Shown one piece after another: positions 7,424 to 10,374 of a stretch of DNA of 10,374 nucleotides. The DNA is taken from assembly GCA_016839515.1 (NCBI GenBank), contig JAEOUE010000240.1:1-10374 (forward strand), in the 5' to 3' direction. The DNA comes from Candidatus Hodarchaeum mangrovi (GTDB lineage: Archaea > Asgardarchaeota > Heimdallarchaeia > Hodarchaeales > Hodarchaeaceae). The position numbers were made by a program, and so were the translations under genes. Numbering within the stretch: the first letter of the stretch is position 1; the number at the start of each line of letters is the position of its first letter. The notes under the pieces are model-generated. The model had not been told where the DNA came from and searched no databases. It saw only the letters and a program-made list of their open reading frames with translations.

Positions 7424-7439
7424 TTTTTTCTTTTTTCTT
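7424..7439 (+). terminator. Putative oligo-T (archaeal-type) terminator
   Basis: TTTTTTCTTTTTTCTT about 70 nt after the regulator stop codon, with no strong GC hairpin before it. Confidence 0.4.
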
Positions 7440-7613
7440 ATATTTATTATAGGTCAATTTGCTATAATATTTTTAAACGAAATTATAAAAAACATATTAA
7501 AGCGTTTCATGGCATTAGAATTTAGCTCCAATAGATTTCAATTGAACTTAAGTATTTTTAAGGCACAGAATTTTCTTAACAGATTAATTTTTCTCACCTT
7601 TGGAGACCCTTAG

Positions 7614-9956
7614 ATGGTACAATCAAAAAGAATAATATATTACAGTTTTCTAGTTATCACTATTGTTACGCTAAGCTTGATTCTCTCTGTTTATTTTCGG
7701 TTACAATCAGAAATAGTTCCAGTAGGATCTACACTTAACTTCAGTGAATTTAGCAGTCCAGTTAAGGTCAAAATTGATAATCTGGGCAATGTATATATTG
7801 AAGCACAATCCTCTCAAGATGCACTTAAAGCTCAAGGTTATTTATTTGCACGGGACCGACTTTGGGCGCTGGATTTCTACCGAAGACAAGCTAAAGGACA
7901 ATTAGCTGAAATTTTTTCTGTTTTTATCCCTGAGATAATAGAAACTGATTATAGTCTTCGGGCTATGGGATTTTACAGAACAGCGGTAGAAGATTGGCCT
8001 TTTCTGACATCTGCAACGCAAGAGTTCTTTCAAGCTTTTGCTGATGGGATAAACATCTTTATAAACAATAATAAAAATCGCTTACCTCTTGAATTTGGTA
8101 TTTTAAACTATCAACCTGATCTTTGGAGTCCCATTGATTCAATTGCTATTTTAAAACTACTAGGGTTTGGCCTCACGGCTCATGGAGGTGGAGAAATCTT
8201 AATTGGGCAATATTATAATGAAATTGAAAATAAATCAATGTTGCTCGAATTTGCTAAAATGGCATTAGATTCAACAAGTATTATGTGGGAGGATCCAGTT
8301 GGTTATCCTAGTTCTAATTCTACTCGTATGACCTTAACCGATTTAAATCGACTGGGTTGGAATCCATTTACTCCTGGATCAAACAATTGGGTAATTGGAG
8401 GGTCTCGAACCACCACAGGTAAACCAATAATAGCCAATGATCCCCATATGTCCCTTGAAACTCCTTCTAGGTGGTGGTTTGTTGACATTAAATGTCCAGA
8501 ATTTCATGTTAGTGGAATGACACTCCCTGGCCTTCCTGCAATTACATTGGGACGCAATGAATATCTTGCTTGGGCATTTACCAATTCACAAATTGATTTT
8601 TTGGATACCTATATAGAAACTTTCAACTCTGATTACTCTCAATACCTATACAATGGATCATGGAAAGAGTCAACAATAATTAGTGAACTTTTTTACTTAA
8701 ATCCGAAAAGGACTAGCTTTGAAACACGTGAAATAATTTTAACAACTGGGGAAGGAACAAAAGGTCATGGTAAAAGACCTGTTGTCCCCCTCTTTGGGAT
8801 TAATGTTAGTATACGATGGGTTGGGCATGATAGTTCCTCCTCTGCAGAAGCTCTTCGTTTATTAACTGAATCAACAGATAATACATCATTTGTAAATGCT
8901 TTAAGTTATTTTAATGTACCTGGTCAAAATGTTGTTTTTGGAGATCGATTAGGCAATATTGGGTTGTATATTACAGGAACGATCCCAATACGAAAAAATG
9001 GGTATGGTTTTGCTCCTCATGATGGATCAATTGATACCTATGAGTGGGAGGAGGAATTTGTCCCCTTTATTGAGAATTATCATAGCTTTAATCCTTCCGT
9101 GGATTATTTTGTTACCGCAAATGAGCGATTTATCCCTGAAAACTATTCTTATCATCTTGGTTGGGCATTTGCTCATGGTTATCGAGCTTCTCGAATTCAT
9201 GAGATGATAAACAATAAAGCTCTTCTGGATTATGAATACATCATGACTATTCAAAGTGATGTTTACAGCAACTGGGCAGATGAAGTCCTTCCATTTATTA
9301 TTTCTGAACCTTATTCATCAAATAGCTCATTTTCGGAAATAGTATCCTTACTGACTAATTGGGATATGTCTTTTTCTCTTGATTCCAGAGGAGCAGCTGT
9401 TTTTGCAGTTTGGGTAGAAAAATTTATATTTAATGTCTTGTACGATCAGCTTCCAGCTTCGTTGCTAAATTCTCTTCCATTAAAAGGAAAATTAGTAGTG
9501 AATATTCTGAATTCATCTGATAGTTCAATTTGGTACGACAATGAATTTACATCTGAAAAGACTGAGAATAAAATAGATATTATTACTCAAACGTATGAAG
9601 ATACAATTTTGTTTATGCAAGAGAAATTTGGAAAGAAAAATGACCGATGGACATGGGGAAATTTGCATAAAGTTAACTTTGAACATCCAATGGGTCTAGT
9701 TATTAATTTCTTCAATGCAGGAGGTCTTCATTCCTCCCCAGGTGGGCTATACACAATCAATGTTGGAACATATAATACTAAATTTATTCAACATGATGGA
9801 TCATCCTTTAGACAAATAATGGGACTAGATGAAGCATATTCTCATTATATTATTGTCCCCCCTGGACAATCAGGTCATCTGGGGTCTAAACATTACCTAG
9901 ATCAAATAAAAAACTGGATTTTTGGGAAATATTACCAGCTTAAATTAATCTATTAA
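7614..9956 (+). CDS. Penicillin acylase / acyl-homoserine lactone acylase family Ntn hydrolase (peptidase S45), N-terminally membrane anchored
   Basis: N-terminal hydrophobic helix, AQGYLFARDRLW...RRQAKGQLAEIF alpha-subunit motif, autocleavage site G|SNNWVIGGSRTTTGKPIIANDPHM (Ser256, codon 8379-8381), TANER, WGNLH and PPGQSGH...HYLDQ. Confidence 0.95.
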   Translation: MVQSKRIIYYSFLVITIVTLSLILSVYFRLQSEIVPVGSTLNFSEFSSPVKVKIDNLGNVYIEAQSSQDALKAQGYLFARDRLWALDFYRRQAKGQLAEIFSVFIPEIIETDYSLRAMGFYRTAVEDWPFLTSATQEFFQAFADGINIFINNNKNRLPLEFGILNYQPDLWSPIDSIAILKLLGFGLTAHGGGEILIGQYYNEIENKSMLLEFAKMALDSTSIMWEDPVGYPSSNSTRMTLTDLNRLGWNPFTPGSNNWVIGGSRTTTGKPIIANDPHMSLETPSRWWFVDIKCPEFHVSGMTLPGLPAITLGRNEYLAWAFTNSQIDFLDTYIETFNSDYSQYLYNGSWKESTIISELFYLNPKRTSFETREIILTTGEGTKGHGKRPVVPLFGINVSIRWVGHDSSSSAEALRLLTESTDNTSFVNALSYFNVPGQNVVFGDRLGNIGLYITGTIPIRKNGYGFAPHDGSIDTYEWEEEFVPFIENYHSFNPSVDYFVTANERFIPENYSYHLGWAFAHGYRASRIHEMINNKALLDYEYIMTIQSDVYSNWADEVLPFIISEPYSSNSSFSEIVSLLTNWDMSFSLDSRGAAVFAVWVEKFIFNVLYDQLPASLLNSLPLKGKLVVNILNSSDSSIWYDNEFTSEKTENKIDIITQTYEDTILFMQEKFGKKNDRWTWGNLHKVNFEHPMGLVINFFNAGGLHSSPGGLYTINVGTYNTKFIQHDGSSFRQIMGLDEAYSHYIIVPPGQSGHLGSKHYLDQIKNWIFGKYYQLKLIY

Positions 9957-9970
9957 AGGAGACCACAAGA

Positions 9971-10374
9971 ATGGCATATTATGAGCGTCTAATTTCAGAG
10001 GTAAAATCACTCTTCCTTTCCTTTAAACATACAATTTTTGGGGTTTTAGTATTAATAATGCTTCTTGTTTTTTCAGAATATTATACAACCCCTCTTCCCC
10101 TACTTCTTTATTTAATTGGTCTTTTTTTAATAGCATTACCAGAAATTGGGCAAAATTATCTTATATCAATCGTGAATAAATATTTAGTATTAGATATCAC
10201 TGAATCAACGAATCAAAGGATTATTCTTGGATATCGATTAACAGGGTACTTGATTATACTGTTAAATTTTCTTTTGAGTCCACCAGGTGCTCCTCCCTCG
10301 TTTATTATTCCTCACTTTGCATCTCTTGATTATTATTTTATTTTAGCACTTTGGCTTTCGATTAATCTAATAAT
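9971..10374 (+). CDS. Hypothetical multi-pass membrane protein, 3'-partial
   Basis: Not in the ORF track. ATG 9971 is 14 nt after the acylase stop, with SD AGGAG at 9957-9961. The frame is open to the window end: MAYYERLISEVKSLFLSFKHTIFGVLVLIMLLVFSEYYTTPLPLLLYLIGLFLIALPEIG...GYLIILLNFLLSPPGAPPSFIIPHFASLDYYFILALWLSINLI. Confidence 0.8.
   Translation, partial: MAYYERLISEVKSLFLSFKHTIFGVLVLIMLLVFSEYYTTPLPLLLYLIGLFLIALPEIGQNYLISIVNKYLVLDITESTNQRIILGYRLTGYLIILLNFLLSPPGAPPSFIIPHFASLDYYFILALWLSINLI

Noticed and set aside
7592-7606. TCTCACCTTTGGAGA as an SD-sequestering hairpin or a minus-strand SD (AAGGTGAG)
   Set aside because: The stem is only 4 bp, and the minus strand gives no ATG-initiated ORF of credible length at the right spacing.
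8303-9254. Short ORFs 8303-8488 (-), 8959-9207 (+), 9027-9254 (-)
   Set aside because: Fully nested in the acylase gene with no family signal; expected by chance.

Overview
AT-rich, gene-dense prokaryotic chromosomal segment with eight protein genes, two of them cut by the window edges and missing from the ORF track. On the minus strand (2477 to <1) is a large DUF1156-type adenine DNA methyltransferase with a Zn ribbon, probably the first gene of a restriction-like defence locus that continues left of the window. Divergent from it on the plus strand are: a compact glucose-6-phosphate isomerase-family protein; a translationally coupled pair of an MtaA/CmuA (URO-D fold) methyltransferase fused to a C-terminal CxxC thioredoxin-like domain and a CobW/COG0523 GTPase; a multi-pass membrane protein plus a small winged-helix regulator with a probable CTG start and an upstream inverted-repeat operator; a membrane-anchored penicillin acylase (peptidase S45) family Ntn hydrolase; and the 5' part of an unknown membrane protein. 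GGTG(A)-type Shine-Dalgarno sites, TATA-like boxes and oligo-T tracts without GC hairpins suggest an archaeon (possibly Asgard/Heimdallarchaeia), but this is inference. I saw no rRNA, tRNA, CRISPR array or transposase. The best candidate for an uncharacterised system is the methyltransferase-thioredoxin fusion plus CobW pair, in which both proteins carry altered metal-binding motifs.
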